This document shows positions 11,010 to 22,900 of a stretch of DNA of 24,689 nucleotides, piece by piece. The notes below the pieces were generated by a model that was given only the letters and a program-made list of their open reading frames with translations, was not told where the DNA came from and made no database searches. Location of the stretch: assembly GCA_000165425.1 (NCBI GenBank), contig CT868485.1:434001-458689 (forward strand), in the 5' to 3' direction. The translations under genes were made by a program, and so were the position numbers. This DNA is from Paramecium tetraurelia. Its lineage: Eukaryota. Every line of letters begins with the position of its first letter. Position 1 is the stretch's first letter.

Positions 11010-13320
11010 TCATATTAATTTAGACATAAAGGAATATCTATATGAGTACCCTTAGCTTGGATCAATAGATTGCAATTTAATCAATTTAGATTGACCAGGT
11101 GGAATTTCTATGACTACTTCTTTAGAAATATCTAATTCTACTCCTTTCAGATTAGAGACTTCAAACGAAATGGTTTCTTAATATGTTCTTTGATCTTTAT
11201 TTTCATAATAGAAAGCAACTCCAGCCGGGAACTTAACTAGATAAAAGAAGACTTATATATTCTTGAAATATATTAATTAATACTTCTCCTAAGGGACTTC
11301 TTTACAATTTTTAATCTGCTTATTCGATAGCTTATTGAATGATATCTTATTCAGATTTGGCCTCAATAACCTACGTTTAACATTTTAATGAGTATCCGTA
11401 AGAACCTCCACCTTGTTTGGTAACTCGATATTTAATCATAACTGTTGATAAAGGTTTGATTTAGATTTCCACCTTGCTTGGATTTGAATAAGGAGGACAT
11501 ATTTCCAGATTTTATATGTTACTTAAATGAAGAACTTCATGAAGTGTTTTTTTAGTTGTTTAATTTTGATACCAATAATAAATATAGCCACCCACAATTC
11601 CAGAAATTCTTCTGATTCCAGGTTCAATATCTTTAACTTTTTCTTCATCAGTATCCCTCTCATGTGCTCTCAAAAATCCATTAAAAATGTTATCTATAGA
11701 GTGTTTTTCTTACCCAGCTGGAAATTACAACTCAGTAAATTAAACTGATTTTGATCCATAACATGATACTGCTAAATATCGATCATAATTTTAGGTCCAA
11801 TCTACTTCAACATATAAGGCATAATATCCTGGTTCAAATATTTTCTCAACTACAATATCCCTTTCATTATCAAATGCAGAACCTGAATAATGTAAAACCT
11901 CTTTCTTATGGGCATCTAATTCTCCGATAATTAATCTGGTTAATGAATATTAATGGCCTTTCTAAAAAAAGCGTTTATCTGATTGAGTTAAGGTTATAAA
12001 TGCATGCGATTTTTCGTAAACTTTCATTAAAATCACTTTTGTGGTTACAGCATCTGATTTCTCAACTTTAAGTGGTGTAGCTGTATATAAATAATCTGGT
12101 TTAAATTTGCATACACAAACCTAACTAAATTCAGTTATAAAATCATTAACACTCATCCAAAATATTCCATCATCTTTTCGGTGAACTTATAATCTCTCTC
12201 TTAGTTCAGGGGTCCATTTTGAAGAGTTATCACTCCAGTCCTTCATCCATTCTTTTCGACCCCAAGGCTATACAAATTTACTTTAAATACTATACATTTC
12301 TAATCCTAATTATTCGATCAGGTTTTCCATCACTTCCTATAACCCGTTATACATCCAATATCGCATAGCAATGTTAAGATACTATTCCATTTCCATTATC
12401 TTATTCTGTTCCTTACTCATTTGTTTCTGATGATGCTGTTAGAATGTATTTTTCTTTGTCATATTTTTCCATGAATTCCCAGCATAAATCGGCATCTTTT
12501 AAAGTTTCGGCTTTTCTTATAAAATATTCACTTGGAGCTCCAGTTAAATCTTTTAACGCTTAACCGGCTAGACCTTATTCTATTTTTTGGTAGGATCCAT
12601 ATATTTTAGCGTAGGCTTTTTCCAAAAGAAGTACCCATAATTCATTTCCATTTGCTTTAGAAAATATTGGGCCTCCTTACTTTTGACATGGAATAAAATC
12701 ATCTATCACCTACTCCTATAGTATTCCATTGTTACACATAAAAATTCCATAAAGTCCTTATTATTTAGAAAATCACTCTTACCACTTTATTAATATTCTT
12801 GATGTCTGAACAATTTTTATACTTATTGTGGAATTTCTGCCAAAGCAGATAATGAGCTTAAAAAATAACAATCCCCAAGCTCACCTTACTTAATGTCCAT
12901 TGGATCGATTGTCTATCAAGTTAAATAGATATTACATCAAACAATTTAATTTAACCTGGCTCTAAAAACTGGTCTGGTCTTTTCCAAACTAAGTTTTTAC
13001 CTTTTTTAAAATTAGGATCCTTTGAAAGACTACTTTAATTAGGAGGAAATAAGAAATCTTCAAATTTGGTTTGTTACTTATTTTGCCTCAAAATGAGCTA
13101 ATATATTACATTTCTTCTAGAGCACGATAATATACTGTTGTGGCTTGATTAGAATTATTATGTAAAGAATAATTCGATCAGCAACAGTATTAGTTTACTT
13201 TGTATTCACTTCTGGATGCTAATCAGGAACAATTGAAGTATCAAAAACAAAAGGCTTATAATCTACCTCGCGATCATGAGAATGAATTTTATTGGCTTTA
13301 TTGCTGGAACAAATTCCCAT
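11010..13320 (-). CDS. Calpain-family cysteine protease (peptidase C2), ~730 aa, N-terminal acylation motif
   Basis: ATG 13320 (MGICSS). The catalytic triad is intact: QGELGDCYF, QHCYAI, RNPWG. Also ELWVLLLEKAYAK and DDGIFWMS. Introns at 12913-12935, 12757-12782, 12268-12295 and 11262-11283, plus one ambiguous 5' intron (13114 or 13117 to 13135). TGA 11010-11012. Confidence 0.92.
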
Positions 13321-13409
13321 TTGATAAAAATTTATTTAATATTATTATCGAAAAGATTTTATAACTGTCAAAATACTTATTCTTATGTTAATAAATATAT
13401 TTATATAAA

Positions 13410-14750
13410 CAGAATTCTACCACTTTATAGAAAAATTATCATATTTCAATCAACATTCACCAGATCTTAAAATTGTTTTATTCTTTCATTTAGCATTAAG
13501 TATGGTCTAAACTAGTTGAAGCATGGTAATTATATTCAACTTATGTATGGAACAATGAGATGAGAGGTAAATTTGTAAAAGGTATTATGAATAGTGGATA
13601 TTTCCAAAAGAAATCCAAAAAGTCTTTTGCAAATTCAACAATGTTATTAATATAATGACTATTAATTCCTATATTGGGATAAAATATTGAATAGAAGATA
13701 AAGATTTAAAGAGTTAAAGGAATTCTATCACGTGATTCTAGAATTTGAACTTCCTGCATTAGTTTATAAGATCAAACCAAATTCCTTACTTATTTTATAA
13801 ATATCAGATAATAGATGTCTGTTTTCTCAGTTAATAACTGAATAATCAACAAAGGAATAAGTAATGCTAAACCAACTTTATCCAATTTATTGCATATTCC
13901 AAAACTCAAAAAACTAAGAATAATTCAAATCTTGTTTCAAACTACATTTTGCTACGTAAAAATCTATTTTTATTTATAGTTAATTAACAAATAAATCATC
14001 TATTTTTAAATAATGATAATTAACAAATAGATCTCCTCTTTATTCTAAACTTTAAAAACGATATTAAACTAATATAGAGAACATGAAATTAGAAATGAAC
14101 ATCTCATTTATATTATTTTTTTGATCCTTATTCCAAAAAGTAATTATTTTTTCGCTTTGTGTTCTTCTATTTTCATATTCCGAACATCAATCAACCTTAA
14201 TAGTTAAGGGTTTGCAAAACTAAATAATATTCTTGAATAAAATTGAATAAATCTCCTTTAACTTGAAATTGAAAATAAATATTAACATCATTTAGAAGGT
14301 TAACGCATTTTTTCAATAGTTTTAACAAACTTCTCTTTTTATATTAAGAATCTTCCCTCATATTTAACAGTTGGTAATTATATTTTGTGGTTGATGATCT
14401 TCTAATATTCAAAAGAACTAGGACAAAAATAGTTTTAATTGTATATTTTCCATATATTTTTGAATATGTCAAAGTATTTTTGGGTATTTTTAGACTTTTA
14501 AATATCTTTTACTTAAATTTAGGGTAAGGGTTTTTAAAAAGAAGAGGAAAAACATGCATTTTATTATCAAATTAATTTGAGAACATTCTAAATCCTTGGC
14601 TTTGTGAAATTTGTTATAATTTTGTACAATTTCTCTTAAGTTATTATTTTGCTATGGTATTAATTTGAAGACTAGGGAAATTAATCAATAACGTTTGGCA
14701 AATTAATTTCTTAGTTAATTTGTTAAATATTCCTTATTTATTTAATATCA
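13410..14750 (+). pseudogene. Degenerate coding relic, possibly cullin-like
   Basis: Protein-like stretches switch between frames and are broken by TGA: VWSKLVEAWQLYSTYVW, YYEQWIFPKEIQKVF, LYWDKILNRRQRFKELKEFYHVILEFELPAL, IKLI*EHSKSL, FSQVIILLWYQ...SITFGKL. No intact start-to-stop model was found. Boundaries are approximate and the cullin resemblance is by eye only. Confidence 0.3.
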
Positions 14751-14840
14751 AATTCCATACATACTATTATATTCAACGTATTTTTTGGATTAATAGCAAA
14801 TCTTAATTACCATTTTATTTTGATAAATTATTAGCTGATT

Positions 14841-16548
14841 ATGTCATCTTAAAAGAATGATTCAAAAGTAAGATCTAAAATATCAACCATAATGATGAAT
14901 ATGAATATCGCTATAGGATCTCTGAATATTGGATATGTTTTAAGCTATTTGACGTTGTCGATTGATACGCTTTTTGCAAACTTGTATTTTGATTAAAATA
15001 AGTTAGATAAATAACAGAAGAAGAGAGAACTTCAAAACTAAGCTTGCTAAATGGTATTCTCCCATTAGGATGCGTCGCTGGTGTCCTTATTGGGTATATT
15101 ATTAAATAAAAATTGACAAATAAATAATGTCTTCAAGTTGCAGATGTTATTGGAATTTTTAGTCTTTTGGCTACAATCTCTAATTATCAAGTCATTGTTG
15201 CTGTTAGGTTTTTCTTAGGAATATCTAATGGGATATCAAGCTTAATTATGCCTGTTTACATAAAATCTTTATGCCCTTCTTAATACTTTAGTCAAATGAG
15301 TATGCTGGTAGGGTATGGCATCAACACTGGTTTAGCCATTGGATAGTTGATGGGAATAGGTTACATTAAGTATTAATTATCACCATTCTAAAAATAGCTA
15401 CAATGGTCCTACTTCTAACTGGTGGAGAGTTGTCTTTTTATTTCCTTCGATAATTTGCATATTTAGACAATTAATAATCCATTTCATTTATAATTATGAG
15501 AGCCCAGAGCAATTAATAAAAAGAGGAAATTATGAATAAGCCAAATACGTTATAATTATTATAAATAATAATAGGTGATTTGCCAGATTTATAAATTAGA
15601 GAATGTAGAAGAGGAATATGAAAGGTACACTTAATTAGCCTAACAGTAATATATTACAAAAGTAATAATCATTTTTTAAAGTGTTTGAAAAACAAAAATT
15701 AATAACCCTTCAAGTCGGAATTATTTCTGTATAATTTATTAATTACATAGATGCTCGTATAAATATGGTGTGGCTCTTTCGCTAGTATTTTATTATAGTG
15801 CACAAATATTTAGTGATTTATCAGATAATGACATCACTCAAAAGACAATATACACAATATGTCTTGGGCTATCAGGCTTTCTTGCTTAATTCTCAACTAT
15901 TTATATGGTTAATAAAATTGGGAGTAAATACATTTTAAGTATTAAAATACAAGACTTTTAATAGTGATTGGATCTTTAATAATTGGCTCTTTGAATTTAG
16001 CTGTCTCTGTAATATCTCGACATGCCAGTGAAGGAACAGAATTTTTAATTTTCATTTTATTACTTTTGCTAATAATGACATTCGCTGCTACTTTAGGACC
16101 TGTGGCATGGGTAATTAATTTGTTCTATCCTTAATAGAGCATAGTGCCTTAAATAAATGATAGTGATGGCACATTTATATCTACTGAACTTAGATGGAGC
16201 TTCTAAGCTATCCTAATATTTTGTTTTCCTTTTTTGGAAAAGGGAATCAAGATTTTTGGTGGATTTCTGCTATTTGCCATAATAAATTTTCTATATTTTA
16301 TTTATTGTCATTTTTGTTTGATAGATGGAAGAGGCAAAACTAATGAATAGTTAGTTGCTATGTATCATAACAAATATGGATATTCTGTCGTTCCTTTAGA
16401 GAAAAAAAATACTTAGGCAAACTTATAAACAGAAACACCTAACACTTAAGTAAAACAATTAGTAATTGATCCTCCAGAAAACCAGGAAGAGGGAGAAGAT
16501 CATCCAAAAAATTAAGATGAAGCAGTAGAAATAGAATAGGAAATATGA
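14841..16548 (+). CDS. MFS sugar-porter family transporter (~510 aa) with one apparent +1 frameshift at ~15784
   Basis: ATG 14841, TGA 16546-16548. Introns at 14984-15006, 15370-15397, 15549-15574, 15625-15646, 15729-15750, 15939-15964 and 16111-16137. Motifs: RFFLGISNG..PVYIKSLCP, WWRVVF, YESPEQL, QIWCGSFA/VFYYSAQIF, LGPVAW, DGRGKT. The spliced length of 1534 nt is 3n+1. Confidence 0.88.
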
Positions 16549-16749
16549 ATTGAATAATAAAATTCTATCTATTAAAACTTTAATTCAATTTAAAAAATAA
16601 TCTAGTTTTTCTTTAAATGGCTAAAGAATGAAAATAACTTAGAATAAAATACTTATAAATAGGTAAATAAGGATGTTTAAATCATTAATCGCTATATAAT
16701 CAAAAATTTCTTCATGTGATTTTTTTTACAAAATTGCTTAAATTTCAAC

Positions 16750-17700
16750 CTAGCCATTGTGAAAATAACCTATATATTTCTTTCCATAAAAAAACTCCCA
16801 TTTTTTTTGTTTCAGATAAAATGATTAATAATATTAATTTTTACATTTACAAAAGTCATTTATCCAAATCCATTAAAACTACCACCAAAGAAATCACCAA
16901 AATATGTAGACCCCTCTATCCAAATATATTTTCCAATTCCACTTGTCTATCCGTTATCGTCAAGTAAATGTTGCCCTTTTTAGATAATTTTGAAAAGTTT
17001 GAATTTTCAAATCATAAGAACGCGATAAGATGGGAAATATCTCCTCTACTAGTACCCTAAAATATATGCCTTGCTAAAATAGAAAACATGAAAATTACAT
17101 GTATTGTACCATCTTACTAAATTAAAGCACCTTAACTATGAAATTGATCCATTAGAAACTCACTTTAGTAATAGCTTAAGTTATTTTTATCAAACTATTT
17201 ACCAAAGATACATTTCATATTAATCTTCACATCTTCAAAAAAATACGCATTTCCTTTTCAATCTTACTAGACTGAAGTGAACTTTTATATATTAACTTTA
17301 ATTTGTCCTTTAAATTCATTATTTCTTTTGTAATTGGAGGCTATTCTTAAATAATCTATAAATATTCATCATAAATCAATTTGATATTATGATATGATTT
17401 ATCTAATGAATTTGTTATTGGTGATTCATTTTATTAAGTTTAAGTTGGTGAATCTTATCCACAGTTTTTTACAGAATATACTTTACGATTTGATAGCAAT
17501 TTGTGTTTTTAGGACATTAACTTGATAAATATTATTCATTTTAATTTTCAATTTAGATCATATATATTAGTTTTTTTTAGATTAGGTTGGATACTCTCGT
17601 TTTAATCAGGTTTTTGATCTTGCTTAGGGTTCACATATAATTTCCTGAATATTCTGTTCGAAATTACCAAATTTGAAAGGAATTGGTGATATTCCATAGC
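16750..17700 (-). pseudogene. Decayed MORN-repeat gene
   Basis: Recognisable MORN-like units: SYYQSEFLMDQFHSQGALIQQDGTIH (~17100-17180), SGIGKYIWIEGSTYFGDFFGGSFNGFGQMTF (~16850-16945) and GKKYIGYFHNGQVE (~16745-16785). They are separated by frame changes and in-frame TGA (e.g. 16812-16814). The 5' boundary is approximate. Confidence 0.6.
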
Positions 17701-17940
17701 GATTATAGGATGTTATAGATTCATAATAGTTTAATTGGATTGTTAATATTTCAGAAAATGTAGCATTATATCTTTCTCCTAAATAAAATGGAATTCAATA
17801 ACTTTGCATAAATTTAGAGATTAAAACAGCTATTCAATTATCATATAAATCTTAATTAATGTTCATACGTTTAAATTTTTTTGAAATTGAAATTTAATTT
17901 TATTATTACAACCCCTTTTGTTCGATTCATTCTCAAATAT

Positions 17941-18186
17941 NNNNNNNNNNNNNNNNNNNNNNNNNNNNNNNNNNNNNNNNNNNNNNNNNNNNNNNNNNNN
18001 NNNNNNNNNNNNNNNNNNNNNNNNNNNNNNNNNNNNNNNNNNNNNNNNNNNNNNNNNNNNNNNNNNNNNNNNNNNNNNNNNNNNNNNNNNNNNNNNNNNN
18101 NNNNNNNNNNNNNNNNNNNNNNNNNNNNNNNNNNNNNNNNNNNNNNNNNNNNNNNNNNNNNNNNNNNNNNNNNNNNNNNNNNNNNN
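17941..18186. other. Assembly gap (246 N)
   Basis: Run of N. Confidence 0.99.
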
Positions 18187-18892
18187 CGGATGATAATTTA
18201 AGGCAGGAATCCATATCTAATTTGATACTAGGTACATCTTGTTTGATAATATTATCCTCAAAAATTTTTAATTCATTTTAGATGTATGATAAAGATAATT
18301 GTAAAAGTGTTGCTTGAAATATAACGAAAGCTACTGAGATAATTAATTTGAAATGAGATTTTGATAAAGGATTTCTCAAATACACTTAAAGATTTCTACA
18401 AAAGTGATCATCTGATTGCAATCTTTACTATCAAATAATTCGTTTGCTAAGATTGTAATTCAGAAAAAGAGAATAAATGAAGTCCAAGAATTTTGATTAT
18501 GCTAACAAAATTTCATTGATCTGGTCTGGATGCCAAAGTCTCACACATTATTAAAGTTTTTTTTGAGTTCATCCAAATGTCCTGTTGAAATATTATTTGG
18601 AATTTCCATTAAAGAATAGAATTTTAGAAATGAATATTCTTTTAAGTAATCAAATTTGAATTAAGAATCAAAAGATGTAAGGAAGAGAGTGATTAGGATT
18701 CTTCAGTCGCCTAAGTTCTTACAAACCTTAATTTATTTATTTTATAGCTTTTATACTTTCAGTTATCAAATACTTTAGAGAACAGTCAAGATAATAAATG
18801 ATTGGAACTCAGGATTCCAAATGATTTTGGTTAATTATGAGGTGACTTTTGAATATCATTTCGTTAAATTGTAGCATGACTTCAGATTCCAT
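18187..18892 (-). pseudogene. Possible unidentified coding relic
   Basis: Composition is more coding-like than the flanking spacers, and short protein-like runs (e.g. MEIPNNISTGHLDELKKNF) are broken by TGA in the frames examined. No family was recognised. Confidence 0.2.
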
Positions 18893-18949
18893 TCTCTTTC
18901 GATTAATCAATAATTACTAAAATAGCTTCCTTTTTCGGACACATTTTGA

Positions 18950-19110
18950 ATATTAATTTCCTATCACAATTAATCTCATTTATATAAACAGTTGATTTTA
19001 TTTGATTAGTTGATTAAATAAACTTCTAATCAATTTAATTTATAAAATAAATGACCTGCTATGATAGTTAAAAAAATGTTAATAATTTAGAAGAAAATAT
19101 ATATATAATT
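18950..19110 (+). repeat. Direct repeat, copy 1 (~160 bp)
   Basis: atattaatttcctatcacaat...gttaataatttagaagaa..atatataatt aligns with 19518-19677, with about 8 substitutions and 2 small indels by manual alignment. Confidence 0.93.
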
Positions 19111-19367
19111 TTCTTAATGCTAAGGCGAAAATTTCCAACTAAATTGTTTTGAACGAGATTACGTAATTGTTAAAACTGCTAAGATTAATAGGTAATGTTT
19201 TTAAAATTAATTTAAGGGCTTCATCTATCTTCATAACAGAACTAAGAAATATAAAAGTAAATAGATATCAGAAAAGATTCAAGATAAATTTCAACTAATT
19301 TATTCAAAAGATATTCATCATAACTTTGATCTGATTTTTCTTCATGTATTTGAGGCATTCGACGCAT

Positions 19368-19517
19368 NNNNNNNNNNNNNNNNNNNNNNNNNNNNNNNNN
19401 NNNNNNNNNNNNNNNNNNNNNNNNNNNNNNNNNNNNNNNNNNNNNNNNNNNNNNNNNNNNNNNNNNNNNNNNNNNNNNNNNNNNNNNNNNNNNNNNNNNN
19501 NNNNNNNNNNNNNNNNN
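19368..19517. other. Assembly gap (150 N)
   Basis: Run of N. Confidence 0.99.
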
Positions 19518-19677
19518 ATATTAATTTCCTATCACAATCCATTTCCTTTATATAAACAGTTGATCTTATTTGATCAGTTGATTAAATAAACTTCTAATCA
19601 ATTTAATTTATAAAATAAATGGACCTGTTATGATAGTTAAAAAAATGTTAATAATTTAGAAGAACATATATATAATT
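19518..19677 (+). repeat. Direct repeat, copy 2 (starts at the gap edge, may be longer)
   Basis: Matches 18950-19110. Confidence 0.93.
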
Positions 19678-19921
19678 CTTAACTAATATAAAGCAGCAAT
19701 AATTATTAATGTAATGATTTAACAAATTAGTATATCCATATAAGTTCGATTAGGATAATTTGAGTTTATTAGTCCAAAACATTTTTGCTATTTTAGTGAA
19801 GGATTCCTATTGCATCAAGAATAGTAGAAGAAATATCTAAACATTTTTATTAATTTATTTATTAATAATTGTATACCGATGTTGATTTATTATTTTAAAT
19901 TTGATAAATATTTTATCTCAA

Positions 19922-22900
19922 ATGTCATAAATGGAATCAATTTTGCGTGGAGGTGGCTGTGGAACTTCAAAAATACACCCGTTATAATCAGGAATCTCAA
20001 AGATGGATAATTAAGAACTTCAAAATTTCTTTAATAAATTCAACTTTTATGTTGAGAAAATTTGCACTAAGGCTGTTGTTGCTGCTGATTAGTCAGAATC
20101 TTAAGAAATAATGATAGCTCTTTAGTGGTTTAATTTTTAAGAAGAAAATATTTACAATCTCAACTAAAATGCTGAAAGTGTAGCGAAATCTTACGATTTA
20201 ATTTTAGAGGGAATCAGAAAGTTATTGAAAAGCTGTTTGATCTACATTAGAACAGATTCGTTTAAATGTTTATATATCTTATCAACAACAGCGTCTTTAT
20301 CGAAAGTGATATTTAGCTTCCATATATTAAAACAGGAGAGATTTATGAAATGTGATTTATAACAGGAATTTTTGGATATCTCTGATGAACTAAGATAATA
20401 AATAAAAATAGAGAAGAATGATTTGATTCAAAATTAACTAGAAGTCTATCTTTTCTTAACAAAAACCTCTTTCGAAATCTCACCAAATAATAGTAATGAA
20501 AGGGATGAAATCTTAAAAGGATGTTTAAGTGGGATTATTCGTTCGATAATTGATATGAAGCCAAGCGAATAATTGCTTGAATCATTATTTCGAGGAGCCT
20601 GTCATATTTACAAATTGCACGAGGTAAGCAACAATAGAAAATAATTTGAAGTTTATTATTAAATAGATATGTTGTAATGGGAAATAATAAGCTATTTTAA
20701 GAATGACAAATTTTAAAATCTAGACGAAATACTTTTAGAAGTTCAGCAGGTACATGAAAACATAGTAAAAAATTCAAATTTATGGAAATATCATTATCTT
20801 TGGGTGTAGATGATTGGAAAAATCTTATAATTTAATCCTCTCATAACTAAAAAGAAATTATCTCAGCTAATAAATTCTTTCAACTTTGGATTAAAGCCAG
20901 ATTAAATTTGGAACGAATATAAGAGAAAAGGATTATTAATTTAAATGAATCATAGAAATGACTAAGCAGTCATCTAACTTAATTAACTTTAAAATAGTTA
21001 ATTAAGTTAAATGGATACATAAATATTAGAAGTCTTTTTCAAAGAATGGGAAATGTTTTTATTACTTAAAGATTTTCTCATAAATGAACAATATTTAAAT
21101 AACTCATTTACGTTTGGATCATATCTAAAAAGCACATTAGTTATTGAAGGAAATGAACTCTAAAAAAGTGAAATTATATCTGCAATTAATAATATCAAGA
21201 CGTTTTAAGACATTATGGTTTCCAAGAATTTGCTTACTTTAATTAAATAAAATGATGAGAATTTGGATGGAGTTATAAAAATTTTGAGTAATTTTATGAA
21301 AAATAAGCAATATAATGAAAGAACTACATTAAAAATTTCCTTATAACAACTCAAAAAAATCATATAAAAATTAGAAGACAATTTCATAAATACTTAGGAT
21401 ATCATAAAAATTATGAGTCTGAATTAAGGCAAATTGATAAAGAAAAGTGAAAATAAGAATTTTGAGGAAATTAATAAATTGTCAATTAAAAAAGAGCTAT
21501 TAGAATTGTATATTCTTGAAGATCAAAATGTTAATGGAGAGGATGATACTATGAGAAATTTAATTTTTGAGGAGCTTAAAAATTTTGATTTCAAACCTTA
21601 TAAATATTCTTTTCTTGAGTCACCTTATAAAAATAAAAGCAAAGTTGTTGGAGAAGTTTAAGAGTTGATCTAGATTTATCAGAAAGAAATTTACAAGTTA
21701 GAGATAAATGAGCTTCAAAATGACTTGTTGCAATATTTTTAGAATTTAGTTAATAACCTAGGTTAATTTTATAAAAACAAGTGTAAAGAAATTTAAAACA
21801 CCTTTTCAGACTTCAATTTACACCTTAAGGAAACTATGATCATGATGTATTAATTTGAGGCAGTTCCAAAAATTGCTGAACTTAATAGAATTAAATAATG
21901 CTTTGCTGATAAGCACTTCCTTGAATTTGTAGAAAGCTTAAGGTTCAAAATTTTAATGCTAAAAATAAAATTGGTTGCTTCAAAGAAGTCTTTTTAATTG
22001 ATATTAGAAAAAGGGGAACCAGAGAAATTAAAAGGATTGTCAAAACTCATAAACATTGATGAATTTTTGCTCAATGTAATTGAAGATTTTCCACAAAGAA
22101 TTATGAGAGAAAATGTAAACTTAAACCTATTGCCTTCTGAATTATGCAACATTGAAACCACAGAAGAAATTTTTGAAGTTAATTTATCAAAGTAAAAAGG
22201 AATAATATAATACCTCATATTTAAATAGAGTATAAATAAAAAACTGATTGAAAAATTAGGGGAAGATTTAGATTTGATTGAAAAAGAATTTGGAGATATA
22301 TGTATCACTGATTCTCCTTCCTAATAGTCTATGTTGAAAATTAAGAAAATTTGTTAAGATCTAGAACCAATAAGTTGATGAATCTTTGAATAAAGGTGAA
22401 GGATGACAAATTAAATTTAACGAGAAATGAAATTGGAAAAAGAAAAATATGAGAATTTTTTACCTCAATTAAAAAAAATTGAAGATTTTAGAAAATTTAT
22501 ATAGATCTAAAATTGGGATTAATTAATCCGAAAAACAGAAACAGTGATTCAAACATTGGAAAAGTTTGGATGCCCAGACAAGGAGATTATAAAAATGTTA
22601 ATTAATGAAGAGCTAACCCAATTAAAAACTATAATATCCAAAATAAATTATGAAGTTTAGGAATCTTCAAAAGACTAGGTAAGAAGAGTAGTTATATAGG
22701 ATGATAAATAAGTAGGAAAAAGTGAAAATGGAGTTTTCGCTAATTAAATTAGGAAAAAATTTAATTTTTCTAGCAATGAAAGCTAGAGAACTTACCTGTC
22801 ATCCATTATGAAGGTAATAAAGTTAAAAAAATTAATACTGACAGAGGAGTTTGTGCTCTTACACAAATTACTTGAAGAAGTTGTTTTTTTTTCTGATACA

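Noticed and set aside
7182..13470. Plus-strand ORFs 7182-7412, 9766-10032, 10063-10260, 11527-11748 and 13276-13470
   Set aside because: They lie antisense to or overlap well-supported minus-strand genes and have no motifs.
14515..14535. tttagggtaagggtttt as an internal telomere seed
   Set aside because: It does not match tandem Paramecium G3T3/G4T2 repeats and is too short.
17881..19589. ORFs spanning the N runs
   Set aside because: Artefacts of translating assembly gaps.
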